Shown: positions 31,842 to 32,000 of the stretch, piece by piece
Position numbering within the stretch: the first letter of the stretch is position 1
How the letters are laid out: each line of letters opens with the position of its first letter
DNA from: Erysipelotrichaceae bacterium
GTDB taxonomy: Bacteria; Bacillota_I; Bacilli_A; Erysipelotrichales; Erysipelotrichaceae
Direction of reading: 5' to 3'
Length of the DNA stretch: 32,000 nucleotides
Assembly (NCBI GenBank): GCA_963663995.1
Contig: OY760660.1
Coordinates: forward strand, 90,001 to 122,000
The notes under the pieces: generated by a model
Database searches by the model: none
What the model was told of the DNA's origin: nothing
The model's input: the letters and a program-made list of their open reading frames with translations, nothing else
Made by a program: the position numbers and the translations under genes

Positions 31842-32000
31842 CTACAAATATCTTTCGATGACCTTGGCGATACCATCTTCATCGTTAGAGCTAGTAATTT
31901 CTTGTGCCACTTTTTTTAATTCTTCAACGGCATTTTCCATCGCAACCCCGTGGCCAGCAAACTTGATAATAGATAAGTCATTTTGACCATCACCAAATGC
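31842..32000 (-). CDS. Cof-type HAD-IIB hydrolase, C-terminal 52 codons (5' part beyond the right window edge)
   Basis: Not in the ORF track because it is open to the edge. The minus strand reads AFGDGQNDLSIIKFAGHGVAMENAVEELKKVAQEITSSNDEDGIAKVIERYL*. GDGxND is HAD motif IV in a Cof-like context. Confidence 0.8.
   Translation of the reverse strand, partial: AFGDGQNDLSIIKFAGHGVAMENAVEELKKVAQEITSSNDEDGIAKVIERYL

Overview
An AT-rich chromosomal segment from a walled, low-GC Gram-positive (Bacillota-type) bacterium. No database search was run: every family call rests on motifs read from the translations, and all coordinates were hand-indexed.

Layout, left to right:
- lysC (aspartate kinase, runs off the left edge) behind a lysine riboswitch.
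- An acyltransferase-3 membrane protein.
- A mannitol PTS locus with an unusual domain split: EIIC | EIIB | terminator | MtlR | EIIB-EIIA | MtlD.
- A Crp/Fnr regulator, then a DUF438-hemerythrin-PAS protein and a DUF454 protein.
- A class A PBP, an IMPase-family protein, an amidase_3 and an MFS transporter.
- SRPBCC and VOC small proteins and an orphan membrane protein.
- PII followed by an ammonium transporter.
- An MBL hydrolase, then a 2-hydroxyacid dehydrogenase followed by an aminotransferase.
- A tandem HD/HD-GYP gene split by a single in-frame TAA.
- A cupin, tRNA-Ser(GGA), an AlkD-like protein and tRNA-Leu(CAA).
- A small accessory patch at about 25.2-30.1 kb.
- An MBL hydrolase, an RpiR regulator and the 3' end of a Cof-type HAD hydrolase at the right edge.

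The accessory patch is the most interesting part. It holds a visibly AT-richer three-gene cassette: a secreted 128-aa Tyr/Thr/Ser-rich protein, a 683-aa double FtsX-like polytopic membrane protein, and an ABC ATPase. The cassette is bracketed by a 42-bp imperfect direct repeat that duplicates the tRNA-Leu terminator region. An IS200-type element and a decayed AbiEi-like gene follow it. The cassette has the architecture of lactococcin-972-type bacteriocin/immunity loci, but its structural protein is longer and highly divergent. I treat it as a candidate undescribed secreted-toxin/immunity system.

Other signals worth a second look:
- Four genes with an exact TATAAT-N6-ATG arrangement and no Shine-Dalgarno sequence, suggesting leaderless mRNAs.
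- Two perfect TGTGA-N6-TCACA palindromes, each also a terminator hairpin, flanking the Crp/Fnr gene.
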